Assembly (NCBI GenBank): GCA_041665145.1
Contig: JBAYJK010000001.1
Location: 10,779 to 74,778 of the forward strand
Origin: Patescibacteria group bacterium
GTDB taxonomy: Bacteria > Patescibacteriota > Microgenomatia > UBA1406
DNA: 64,000 nucleotides
Direction of reading: 5' to 3'
Shown here: piece after piece, positions 46,009 through 54,520 of the stretch
How positions within the stretch are numbered: the stretch's first letter is position 1
Layout: each line of letters opens with the position of its first letter
Made by a program: the position numbers and the translations under genes
Notes under the pieces: generated by a model
The model's input: the letters and a program-made list of their open reading frames with translations, nothing else
Told to the model about the DNA's origin: nothing
The model's database searches: none

Positions 46009-47733
46009 AAGCACCGCCACATGATATGCCACAAGTTGTAAGGGAATAATATTTGCGACGGCACTTAATTCTCCACAATCCGGCATGGGTATATGTGCGT
46101 CAAACAAACCGTCAGAAAAAGGGGCAATGCCGATAACCGTTGCTCCCCGTGCTTTAACTTGGTGCACCGCATTCAAAACCTCTTCTTTGGTTGTGTCATT
46201 CGACAAGACAGTTATTACCGGAACGTTCTTTTCCATAAGCGTGATTGCATAATGTTTCAGGTCTCCCGCCGGAATTGCATGTGCATGTTTGTATGACCCT
46301 TCGATAAGTTTTACCATCCCTTCTTTCACGATGTTCAAGTTTTGGTATTTTCCCAACAAAAAAATGTCGGAACATTTTTCTAGTCTTTGCGCCACTTTCT
46401 CAATATTTTTATGCCATGCGGTACTTTCGAGTAATTTTTGTATGCTGTCAGCGGAGGACTTGATGGTCTGTACGGCTGATTGATATTTCCCTGCTGCAGA
46501 TTTTGCAAGAAGATATCCCCACGTTAATTGTGAGACAAAAACTTTTGTGGACATCACGCATATTTCCGGGCCTGCTTCCGAAAGAAACGGAAAATCGGAA
46601 ATCCGTGTCATCGTTGATCCCGGCATATTTACGAAAGAGGCGATTTTCACCCCCTGCTTTTTGGCATATTCCAAAACTTCCAAAACATCTGCCGTTTCTC
46701 CACTTTGAGAGGGTGCAATCAGCACGTCTCCTTCCGAGAAAAATTGGTAGTAATCCCGCGCGTCTGCACCGATGAGGCTTATGGCATTTATATGTGCGTA
46801 TGTTCTCAAATAAAATGCAATTTGAGAAGCGGCTACCCCTGCGGTTCCGGAGCCGATCGTATATACGGTACGGGCATTCCGAATTACAGCACCAAGCTCT
46901 CGGTATTTTTCTTGCGGTTGTAAGGTAAGTTGCCGCATGACAACAGGCGACTCGTGGATTTCCTTTACCATAAAGTGCGGGTATCCTTCACGATCGATCG
47001 TGTTTTTCTTGAGATGTAATTTCTCAAATCGGACAGACACAGGTTTTCCCGAACCGGTACTTGCAACTTCAATCTTCCCGTTGTTTTCTACGGTAACTAT
47101 TTGCCCGTTATCTATCACTAAAAGTTCATCCGCTTCTTCCGCAAAAGACAAAGTGTCCGAGGATAAAAATAAGTCGGATGTTTTTGAATTCCTTCCCACA
47201 ACCAACGGAGAACCATTTCGCACCGCGGTTATTTGACCTTTTCTGTCAATAATAATAAAGGTATTTCTGCCCAGAAGTCTCTGTGCCGCAAGTCGTGCCG
47301 CGTGGGGAAGTGATACTTTTACCGAAACCACAATAGACTCGATAAGACGAACAATAACTTCCGTGTCGGTTTCGGTGATAAATTTATAACCCTTTTTTTG
47401 GAGGTTTATTTTCAGCTCCCCGCAGTTTTCGACAATGCCGTTTTGGGCCAATACGAAAGATTTGTCGGTTGAAAAGTGCGGGTGTGAATTCTTTTCAGAT
47501 ACGGACCCATGAGTTGCCCAGCGGGTATGGGCAATTCCACTATGCGTGTGAGCGGGCAATGAAAGGGAATTCTTTTGGCCGATCGGACCAATGGCCTTTT
47601 CAACAGATATGTTTGAACCGTCTGTTACCGCAAATCCCCACGAGTCGTACCCGCGGTACTCGAGCCGCTGTAATCCGGTTAATAATAAGGCAGGGGCGCT
47701 TTTACCGCCCCGGTATGCAAAAATACCACACAT
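45952..47733 (-). CDS. glmS: Glutamine--fructose-6-phosphate aminotransferase
   Basis: The true N-terminus is MCGIFAYRG (catalytic Cys2), so the track ORF is trimmed by 37 codons. Two SIS domains. C-terminal ...PRNIAKSVTVK. Confidence 0.92.
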   Translation of the reverse strand: MCGIFAYRGGKSAPALLLTGLQRLEYRGYDSWGFAVTDGSNISVEKAIGPIGQKNSLSLPAHTHSGIAHTRWATHGSVSEKNSHPHFSTDKSFVLAQNGIVENCGELKINLQKKGYKFITETDTEVIVRLIESIVVSVKVSLPHAARLAAQRLLGRNTFIIIDRKGQITAVRNGSPLVVGRNSKTSDLFLSSDTLSFAEEADELLVIDNGQIVTVENNGKIEVASTGSGKPVSVRFEKLHLKKNTIDREGYPHFMVKEIHESPVVMRQLTLQPQEKYRELGAVIRNARTVYTIGSGTAGVAASQIAFYLRTYAHINAISLIGADARDYYQFFSEGDVLIAPSQSGETADVLEVLEYAKKQGVKIASFVNMPGSTMTRISDFPFLSEAGPEICVMSTKVFVSQLTWGYLLAKSAAGKYQSAVQTIKSSADSIQKLLESTAWHKNIEKVAQRLEKCSDIFLLGKYQNLNIVKEGMVKLIEGSYKHAHAIPAGDLKHYAITLMEKNVPVITVLSNDTTKEEVLNAVHQVKARGATVIGIAPFSDGLFDAHIPMPDCGELSAVANIIPLQLVAYHVAVLLGNDVDHPRNIAKSVTVK

Positions 47734-47799
47734 ATAAAAGTAGGTAAATTTATAACGGGGCTCACAAACGAAGAAAGTTATTATGGCCGGCGGTCTTTG

Positions 47800-47990
47800 T
47801 GTATGGATTGCTCCATGTTTTAAACCGTGCCTTTCGACTGACAACTACAGCCGGAGGGTTTCCGCAGATGCTTCCTCGATACCGACGTAGTCGGATATCG
47901 GGAGTTCGATTGCCTCCCGCCTTTGCGGGAAGACCCCTCTCCTCGTATCCCGCCTCAAACGGCGGGCCACACGCCCGAAACTATCCAATT
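47800..47990 (-). ncRNA. Candidate glmS ribozyme in the glmS 5' leader
   Basis: The minus strand reads ...GGGATACGAGGAGAGGGG...AATCGAAC...CTGCGGAAACCCTCCGGCTG...GTCGAAAGG. This resembles the conserved glmS core (GACGAGGAuGGAGG..AUCGAA..CGGCGGAUGCCUCCCGGCUG) as I recall it. The 5' cleavage-site region could not be matched. Confidence 0.45.
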
Positions 47991-48054
47991 CCTCACTATG
48001 AGCTTACTGAGAAGGCTATCAAAATACTATGAAGGAGTCAAATTGGGGAGAGTG

Positions 48055-48126
48055 TGCGCTCGCTTGGGATCGGACCAAGGACCCCTACTTTATAAGAGTA
48101 GTGCTCTACCACTGAGCTACGAGCGC
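48055..48126 (-). tRNA. tRNA-Ile (UAU)
   Basis: GCGCTCG TA GCTC AGTGGTA GAGC A CTACT CTTATAA AGTAG GGGTC CTTGG TCCGATC CCAAG CGAGCGC A. CCA is not encoded. Confidence 0.8.
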
Positions 48127-48135
48127 AAAAATCGT

Positions 48136-48163
48136 CCTCCTTCGCCCTTTGGGCTTCGGCGGG
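48136..48163 (-). repeat. 28-nt repeat cctccttcgccctttgggcttcggcggg (copy 1)
   Basis: Matches 58871-58898 at 27 of 28 positions. Lies between tRNA-Arg and tRNA-Ile. Contains the GCCC-N3-GGGC hairpin. Confidence 0.8.
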
Positions 48164-48208
48164 ACATAAGAGGCTGTAAGCTCGATGACTCGCTAACAGT
48201 CTCTAATG

Positions 48209-48280
48209 TGCGTCTAGGGGGAATTGAACCCTCATCTGCAGTTCCGGAAACTGCCATTCTATCCGTTGAACTATAGACGC
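48209..48280 (-). tRNA. tRNA-Arg (CCG)
   Basis: GCGTCTA TA GTTC AACGGATA GAAT G GCAGT TTCCGGA ACTGC AGAT GAGGG TTCAATT CCCCC TAGACGC A. There is one A.C mismatch in the T-stem. Confidence 0.75.
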
Positions 48281-48295
48281 AACAGTACTTGTATC

Positions 48296-48814
48296 TTACA
48301 CCTTCGCGTCTTCCTGGGAAAGCCCATATGCCTGACCAAGGATGAATAGGTAGTCCGACAATCTGTTAAAAAAGGGAATGTATTTGGATAGGCTGGGATT
48401 TTGCATGGCTGTGGCTACTAAGTACCGTTCAAATGAACGTACCCGCGTACGGGTAAATTGATACCATGCTTCAAGCAGAGTGGTACCGGGAATGACGAAT
48501 TTTGGGACGATGGGGGTAACCTTAAGAAATGCGGTCTGCTTTTCTTCAAGTTCAGCTACCCACATATCGATCTCGTTTGAGGGTATTGTCTGGGCACCGG
48601 CAAATTCTCCCATTGTTCTGTACAAAAGGGTTTGGAGGTAGGTAATGTGTTGTTTTTCCTCCGTCCCGGGACCGAGGTTTTTTATGATTCCCAAAATAGC
48701 CTGCAACTCATCACATAAGCCGATAAGTTCGATTTTCGGGTCGGATTTCGGAACGCGTTTACCCCCGAAAAGGTCTGTTGTGCCGCCGTCACCTCGTTTT
48801 GTGGTCACTTTCAT
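48296..48814 (-). CDS. PduO-type ATP:cob(I)alamin adenosyltransferase
   Basis: KVTTKRGDGGTTDLFGGKRVPKSDPKIELIGLCDELQAILG. The start at 48814 overlaps the upstream stop as ATGA. Confidence 0.8.
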   Translation of the reverse strand: MKVTTKRGDGGTTDLFGGKRVPKSDPKIELIGLCDELQAILGIIKNLGPGTEEKQHITYLQTLLYRTMGEFAGAQTIPSNEIDMWVAELEEKQTAFLKVTPIVPKFVIPGTTLLEAWYQFTRTRVRSFERYLVATAMQNPSLSKYIPFFNRLSDYLFILGQAYGLSQEDAKV

Positions 48815-49194
48815 GGATGTGAGAATACTTGTATCCACGCACGGTATGTCAGTTTAATCTGCGGTTTTTCCGGCTGCGGGGTAGGGGAAGGATGGGGATA
48901 TTGGGCAATGACGACGTACTCACCCTCTTTGGTCAAGCCGATCTGTCGGGCACGTTCCTCTATATATGTATCGGTTTGCGCGAGTTTTGCCCGATAATTA
49001 AGGTTCTTCTGCTCATTTTCGAGTTGTACTTTTTGTGCCATTTCTTCGGCCAAAAGTCGTCTACGCGTAACATACTGTCCAAAGAGCCCCACAACGTTCC
49101 AAAGCAAAGTAATCACCAGGAGCGAACCTGCCAGCAAAACGAGCTTGTTTATTTGTCCTTGATTTCTTTGCTGAGGTGTGATATTATAGGTCAT
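48811..49194 (-). CDS. Septum formation initiator (FtsB/DivIC-like)
   Basis: One TM helix, a coiled coil (EEMAQKVQLENEQKNLNYRAKL) and IEERARQIGLTKEGEYVV. Confidence 0.7.
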   Translation of the reverse strand: MTYNITPQQRNQGQINKLVLLAGSLLVITLLWNVVGLFGQYVTRRRLLAEEMAQKVQLENEQKNLNYRAKLAQTDTYIEERARQIGLTKEGEYVVIAQYPHPSPTPQPEKPQIKLTYRAWIQVFSHP

Positions 49195-49195
49195 T

Positions 49196-50065
49196 ATGCA
49201 TACAGATAGTATTGTATTTAGCGACTACCTGGCTAAATTTATAGCAAACCTGCAGGAAAAAGGCAAATCAGCCTATACGATAACTGCCTACAAAAAAGAC
49301 ATTGAACAGTTTTTGGGTTTTTTGGCTAAAAAACAGGTTCAAGCTATTACCGAGATTAAGAAAGAAACCATTCAGGAATTTATAACTAGTTTGCTGGATA
49401 CGAGCTATACCAAAAAATCAGCATCCAGAAAGTTGAATTCGATCAGAACATTTTACCGTTTCCTGAAAGATGAAGGAATTATTACTATAAACCCGGCGCT
49501 TGATGTTGCCCATCCTCGTTTTGAGAACAATAAACCGCGAGTGTTGAGCAGGCTTGAATATCGTGCGCTTCGGGATTTTGCACGACGTGATAAACGAACA
49601 TACGCGATTATCGAACTGTTTCTTCAGACTGGACTTCGTATCGGTGAACTTGCGAATCTTCGTCTCACCGATATTCAGGAGGACGAATTGGTAATCCGCG
49701 GATATGGGAAAAATAAAGAACGGAAGATTCAATTGAACAAGTTAGCCAAAAAAGCGGTTTCAGATTATATGAAAGTCCGACAGGATGCTCCAATCGATTT
49801 TCTCTTTATAACTAAAAACCATAAGCCGTTGCTTATCAGAAACATCCGCAATATTGTTGATTATTGTTTCAAAGAGGTGGGTATAGAAAGCGCAAAGGTC
49901 AACGATTTACGTAACACTTTTATCGCACACCAACTTGCAGCTGGCGTTCCTTTGGCATATGTTTCTAAAGTGGTAGGTCACAAACGATTGTCATCCACAG
50001 AGCAATTCTTGGATCTTGTTCAACAGGACGCAACACCGTCTCAATACAAACTGAACGAACTCTAA
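49196..50065 (+). CDS. XerC/D-like tyrosine-recombinase-fold protein with Phe at the expected nucleophile position
   Basis: SAM-like N-domain. The catalytic-domain motifs TGLRIGEL (Arg I) and LRNTF (Arg II) are present. In GHKRLSSTEQF, F sits 9 residues after His, where XerD has Tyr. Confidence 0.7.
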   Translation: MHTDSIVFSDYLAKFIANLQEKGKSAYTITAYKKDIEQFLGFLAKKQVQAITEIKKETIQEFITSLLDTSYTKKSASRKLNSIRTFYRFLKDEGIITINPALDVAHPRFENNKPRVLSRLEYRALRDFARRDKRTYAIIELFLQTGLRIGELANLRLTDIQEDELVIRGYGKNKERKIQLNKLAKKAVSDYMKVRQDAPIDFLFITKNHKPLLIRNIRNIVDYCFKEVGIESAKVNDLRNTFIAHQLAAGVPLAYVSKVVGHKRLSSTEQFLDLVQQDATPSQYKLNEL

Positions 50066-50093
50066 TTTCACTCGTGGTATACTTCCCATACGT

Positions 50094-51608
50094 ATGGGAC
50101 GACAAACCCTCTGGCACATTGTACTAATCATTGTATTTGTGCTCATCGGTTATGAACTTATCAAAAAAGGATTCTTTGCCTATCCGTATTTCAAAATACT
50201 CTCGGAATCAAATAAGACGGTAGAAAAGCTGATTATAGCCCCCCGAGGTGTGTTGTATGACCGTGATGGACGACTGCTGGTAGGGAATAAGACAATAAGC
50301 ACATCTGCCATTACCCGTACATATGCATATCCCAAAGCCACATCGCACCTTCTAGGCTACTTGTCGCTTCCTAATGATACGGATTTAAAAGATTATTCCT
50401 GTGGAGCCCCGGCTCTCACAACACAGCTTGTCGGAAAGACAGGATTAGAGAAATATTACGAATGCAGACTTCGTGGCCGGACAGGTTCGGTGCTTTATGA
50501 AGTCGATGCACAGGGTAAGACCAGGGGAGAACTTGCCCAAAACGAACCGCAGGACGGCGAAAATATTACTCTCAGCATTTCATTGCCACTGCAACGGGCC
50601 GCGGAGAAGGCGTTTGGAAAACAAAGAGGGGCAATTATTGCGAGCAACCCTAAAACAGGAGAAATCCTACTGTTCTATTCATCCCCGACGTACGATCCTG
50701 GCATATTTGTACAGAAAGATGGGTCACAGTACCAGAGTGTAGCCAACGACCCGGATCGTCCACTTTTCAACAGACTTACTTCCGGCACATATCCTCCCGG
50801 TTCCACTATCAAACCGTTTGTAGCAATTTCAGCGCTTGAAGAGAGCGTGATTACTCTTGATACTGAATTTGAAGATACGGGAATTTTCAAACTGGGAGGT
50901 TCGTCTTTTGGCAATTGGTATTACCTGCAATATGGCAAGAAAGAAGGAGCTGTCAATGTCGAGCGGGCGATTATCCGTTCAAACGATATATTCTTTTATC
51001 AGACAGGATTGAAGCTTGGAGTGGAACATCTTAAATCCTGGCTGCATACGTTCCGCTTGGACGAGACCGATATTAAGCCATATTTCTCGGAATCCACCGG
51101 AGTGATTCCTGATGAAGCATGGAAAATGAAAGCATTGCGGGAAGAATGGTACTCGGGCGATACCGTGAATATGTCGATAGGACAAGGATATACCTTGGTC
51201 AACCCGGTTCAGTTACAGGCAGGAACCGCACTGCTAGCAAACGGCGGTAACTACTGTAAGTTCCGTTTTGAAAAAGACACTCCGACGCATTGTGAAAGCT
51301 TGGATCTTAAACAAGAGTATATGTCGGCAGTTACAAAAGGCATGCAGGGGGCGTGTGCTACGGGTGGAACTGGCTGGCCATTTTTTGATTATGCCGTGAA
51401 GGGCAAACGCATCGATGTGGCATGTAAAACAGGAACTGCAGAATCGGAGCAGGGTGAAGCCTTGCCGCATGCATGGTTTATAGCATTTGCACCGGTGAGC
51501 GACCCGGAGATTGCTATAACAGTCCTTGTGGAAAACGGTGGGGAAGGCTCAAGTGTTGCAGCGCCAATTGCAAAAGACATACTGACGACATATTTTTCTC
51601 AAAAATGA
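50094..51608 (+). CDS. Class B penicillin-binding protein (PBP2/FtsI-type transpeptidase)
   Basis: N-terminal TM helix. SxxK (GSTIKP), SxN (RSNDIF) and KTG (KTGTAE). Confidence 0.88.
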   Translation: MGRQTLWHIVLIIVFVLIGYELIKKGFFAYPYFKILSESNKTVEKLIIAPRGVLYDRDGRLLVGNKTISTSAITRTYAYPKATSHLLGYLSLPNDTDLKDYSCGAPALTTQLVGKTGLEKYYECRLRGRTGSVLYEVDAQGKTRGELAQNEPQDGENITLSISLPLQRAAEKAFGKQRGAIIASNPKTGEILLFYSSPTYDPGIFVQKDGSQYQSVANDPDRPLFNRLTSGTYPPGSTIKPFVAISALEESVITLDTEFEDTGIFKLGGSSFGNWYYLQYGKKEGAVNVERAIIRSNDIFFYQTGLKLGVEHLKSWLHTFRLDETDIKPYFSESTGVIPDEAWKMKALREEWYSGDTVNMSIGQGYTLVNPVQLQAGTALLANGGNYCKFRFEKDTPTHCESLDLKQEYMSAVTKGMQGACATGGTGWPFFDYAVKGKRIDVACKTGTAESEQGEALPHAWFIAFAPVSDPEIAITVLVENGGEGSSVAAPIAKDILTTYFSQK

Positions 51609-51670
51609 TCTAGTTAAGTACTAGATAATCATCTTGACGACTTCCCCCTAGTGTGTTATTACTTATCCTT

Positions 51671-51686
51671 GCACTAGACATAGTGC
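51671..51686 (+). promoter_or_regulatory. 16-bp palindrome GCACTAgacaTAGTGC, a candidate NrdR box overlapping a possible -10 (CATAGT)
   Basis: Perfect 6-bp arms. Lies 7 nt upstream of the nrdR ATG. A second palindrome ctagttaagtactag lies at 51610-51624. Confidence 0.45.
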
Positions 51687-51692
51687 ACTAAT

Positions 51693-52139
51693 ATGAAATG
51701 CCCATTCTGCAGTCAAACTGAAAACGAGGTTGTCGAAACGCGCCTAGCTGAAGAGGGAAACTCACTCAGACGGCGCCGCGAGTGCACGGGATGTAAAAAG
51801 CGCTTTACCACATATGAGCGTGTCGATCGGTTACCTATTGTCGTTATTAAGCGTAACGGAATTCGGGAAGTGTATGATCGCAATAAACTAAAGGGTGGAA
51901 TTATCAAATCCTGTGAGAAAACGGTTATCGGCAACAAACAAATTGAAGAGATTCTCGATCAGGTAGAATCCGAGTTACGGAAGCTTGAAACTACCGAAAT
52001 TGAAAGCAAAATAGTCGGAGATCTGGTTGCAAAAAAATTGAAGAAACTTGATAAGATAGCATACATTCGTTTTTCATCTGTATTTAAACGATTTGTTGAT
52101 GTTGAAGATTTTGAACGGGAGTTGAAAAAGCTATTATAA
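51693..52139 (+). CDS. nrdR: Transcriptional repressor NrdR
   Basis: MKCPFCS...ECTGCKKRFTTYERV zinc ribbon plus an ATP-cone. Confidence 0.95.
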   Translation: MKCPFCSQTENEVVETRLAEEGNSLRRRRECTGCKKRFTTYERVDRLPIVVIKRNGIREVYDRNKLKGGIIKSCEKTVIGNKQIEEILDQVESELRKLETTEIESKIVGDLVAKKLKKLDKIAYIRFSSVFKRFVDVEDFERELKKLL

Positions 52140-52169
52140 GTTCCGACTGTTGTCGGCACAGAAGATACT

Positions 52170-54518
52170 ATGAAATTAACGGGCATCTCAGAACAGGTCT
52201 TTTTAGATAGGTACGCATTAAAAGATAAAAAAGGAGCGGCGATCGAAAAAACCCCTGAAGAGATGTGGAAACGTATTGCGCATGGTGTATCTACTGTGGA
52301 AGAAACGGGGAAGCAAAAAGCGTGGGAAAAGAAATTCTACAATGCGTTAACAGATTTTAAGTATGTTCCCGGAGGTCGTATTCTTGCAGGAGCGGGAACC
52401 GGTTTCGACGTGACGTTTTACAACTGCTATGTTCTTCCGAGTCCCAAAGACTCTCGCGGCGGGATTCTTGAAACGTTGAAACAAATGGTGGAAATTATGG
52501 CTCATGGCGGTGGAGTAGGAATCAACCTTTCCTCACTTCGTCCGCGCGGTGCTCGTGTCGAAAAAGTGAATGGTTTTTCTTCCGGACCGTGTAATTGGGC
52601 AGAGCTTTTTTCTGTTGCGACCAAAGACATTATTCAGCAGGGTGGTACCCGTCGCGGAGCTCTTATGCTCATGTTGTGGGACTGGCATCCGGATGTCGCA
52701 GAGTTTATTACGGTCAAGCAGGATCTTTCCCGAATTAACGGAGCGAATCTGTCGGTAGCTATTTCCGATTCCTTTATGGAAGCGGTTAAAAAAGATGGCG
52801 ATTGGGATTTGGTATCTCCTGACACAAAAGATCCTGATTATGACACGTTGTGGGATGGTGACATTTATGGATGGAAGAAACTTGGTAAAAAAGTGATTGT
52901 TGTCAAAACGGTAAAGGCGCGCGAGTTGTGGGATTCAATAGCACAGGCAGCTTGGAAATCTGCCGAGCCGGGTGTCGTGTTTATGGAGCGATGTAATAAG
53001 CTTTATAATAATTGGTATTGGAACAAAGTCAATTGTGTGAACCCGTGTGGAGAAGAACCGCTTCCTGCCTGGGGAGTATGTAATTTGGGATCGGTAAATC
53101 TTTCGGCTCTTGTTTCTCAATCCCACGGTTTCAAACAGCCGGGAGTTCTTGATTTCAAGACGCTGAAAGAGGTAACGAAAATTGCAGTTCGTTTTCAAGA
53201 CAATGTTGTTCAGGCAGATCCCTATTTTTTCCCGGGAATCCGAAAAACTCAGCTTGAAGGTGAGAGAAGAATCGGGATAGGAACGATGGGGTTGGGGGAC
53301 GCACTCATTAAAATGCATCTCCGATACGGATCGCCGGCCGCACTCAAAATGATTGATAAAATCTATCGCACCATCCGGGATGCCGCATACGAAGCGTCTA
53401 TCGAAATTTCCAAAGAAAAGGGAGCTTTTCCCAAGTTTGATGCGAAGTTATACCCGCAAGGTAAATTTATTCAAATGTTACCGAAGCGGCTGCAAGAGAG
53501 AATTAAGAAACAAGGTATCAGGAATTCCATTCTGCTTATGCAGGCACCAACAGGTTCTACATCACTTGTTGCAGGCACAACGTCCGGTATTGAGCCGGTG
53601 TATGAGTTCGAGTTTATTAGGCGTGACCGGTTGGGAGAACATATCATCAGGCACTCGTTATATGATCAATGGTTAAAGGAACAGGGAGTGACGAACGGAG
53701 AAGCAAAGAACGTAACGCGTCCTGATTACTTTGTGGGTGCGAACGATCTGTCTCCCGAAGATCATGTACGTGTACAGGCGGTTATACAAAAATACGTTGA
53801 TGCGTCAATATCAAAAACAGTCAATGCTCCCGAGACGCACACGGTTGAAGATGTTAAAAAGGTTTATAACCTGGCCTACGAGCTCGGTCTGAAGGGTGTT
53901 GCATATATGCGCGACGGTTCTCGTCCGGGAGTTTTGTCCCGTAAAGAGGAGAAGAAAGAAGAAAAGAAAGAAAAACCGGTGTTTGATATTATGCCACGCC
54001 CGATGGTCATCAACGGTTCAACGTACCAAATAGATACCCCCGTCGGAAGGGCCTATGTAACTATAAATTCCGATGAGCAAGGATACCCGTTTGAAGTGTT
54101 CGTGAATATAGGTAAACCCGGCTCTGATGTGTACGCGATGACCGAAGGGTTGGGAAGACTGGTCTCGTTGATTCTTCGTATGCATTCAAAACTGAACGGC
54201 AAAGAGAAAATGCAGCACATTATTGAAGAGCTTACGGGTATCGGTGGAGCAACAAGTCTTGGTTTTGGTGATTCGAAAATCCGCAGCCTTCCGGATGCAG
54301 TAGCAAAAGTGTTGATTAAGCATTTCGCTTTTACCATTACCAATGGTAACGCGCCGGTGAAAAAAATAGCGGATTCTCACCAAGAGGGTTTGCTTCCTGT
54401 TCAAGCGTTGGCAAAAGAATCAAACTATGATCTCTGTCCCAAGTGTGGCGTTGCCTCATTTGCATATGAGGAAGGGTGCAAGAAATGCTACAGCTGCGGA
54501 TACAGTGAATGCGGATAG
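52170..54518 (+). CDS. nrdJ: Class II (adenosylcobalamin-dependent) ribonucleotide reductase
   Basis: NPCGEEPLPAWGVCNLGS active-site region. C-terminal Cys cluster CPKCGVASFAYEEGCKKCYSCGYSEC. Confidence 0.88.
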   Translation: MKLTGISEQVFLDRYALKDKKGAAIEKTPEEMWKRIAHGVSTVEETGKQKAWEKKFYNALTDFKYVPGGRILAGAGTGFDVTFYNCYVLPSPKDSRGGILETLKQMVEIMAHGGGVGINLSSLRPRGARVEKVNGFSSGPCNWAELFSVATKDIIQQGGTRRGALMLMLWDWHPDVAEFITVKQDLSRINGANLSVAISDSFMEAVKKDGDWDLVSPDTKDPDYDTLWDGDIYGWKKLGKKVIVVKTVKARELWDSIAQAAWKSAEPGVVFMERCNKLYNNWYWNKVNCVNPCGEEPLPAWGVCNLGSVNLSALVSQSHGFKQPGVLDFKTLKEVTKIAVRFQDNVVQADPYFFPGIRKTQLEGERRIGIGTMGLGDALIKMHLRYGSPAALKMIDKIYRTIRDAAYEASIEISKEKGAFPKFDAKLYPQGKFIQMLPKRLQERIKKQGIRNSILLMQAPTGSTSLVAGTTSGIEPVYEFEFIRRDRLGEHIIRHSLYDQWLKEQGVTNGEAKNVTRPDYFVGANDLSPEDHVRVQAVIQKYVDASISKTVNAPETHTVEDVKKVYNLAYELGLKGVAYMRDGSRPGVLSRKEEKKEEKKEKPVFDIMPRPMVINGSTYQIDTPVGRAYVTINSDEQGYPFEVFVNIGKPGSDVYAMTEGLGRLVSLILRMHSKLNGKEKMQHIIEELTGIGGATSLGFGDSKIRSLPDAVAKVLIKHFAFTITNGNAPVKKIADSHQEGLLPVQALAKESNYDLCPKCGVASFAYEEGCKKCYSCGYSECG

Positions 54519-54520
54519 TA

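Noticed and set aside
47734-48276. The N-terminal 37 codons of the glmS track ORF, and ORFs 47799-48032(+) and 47923-48276(+).
   Set aside because: GlmS must begin Met-Cys (MCGIF). The upstream region is better explained by a structured leader (ribozyme candidate) and two tRNAs.
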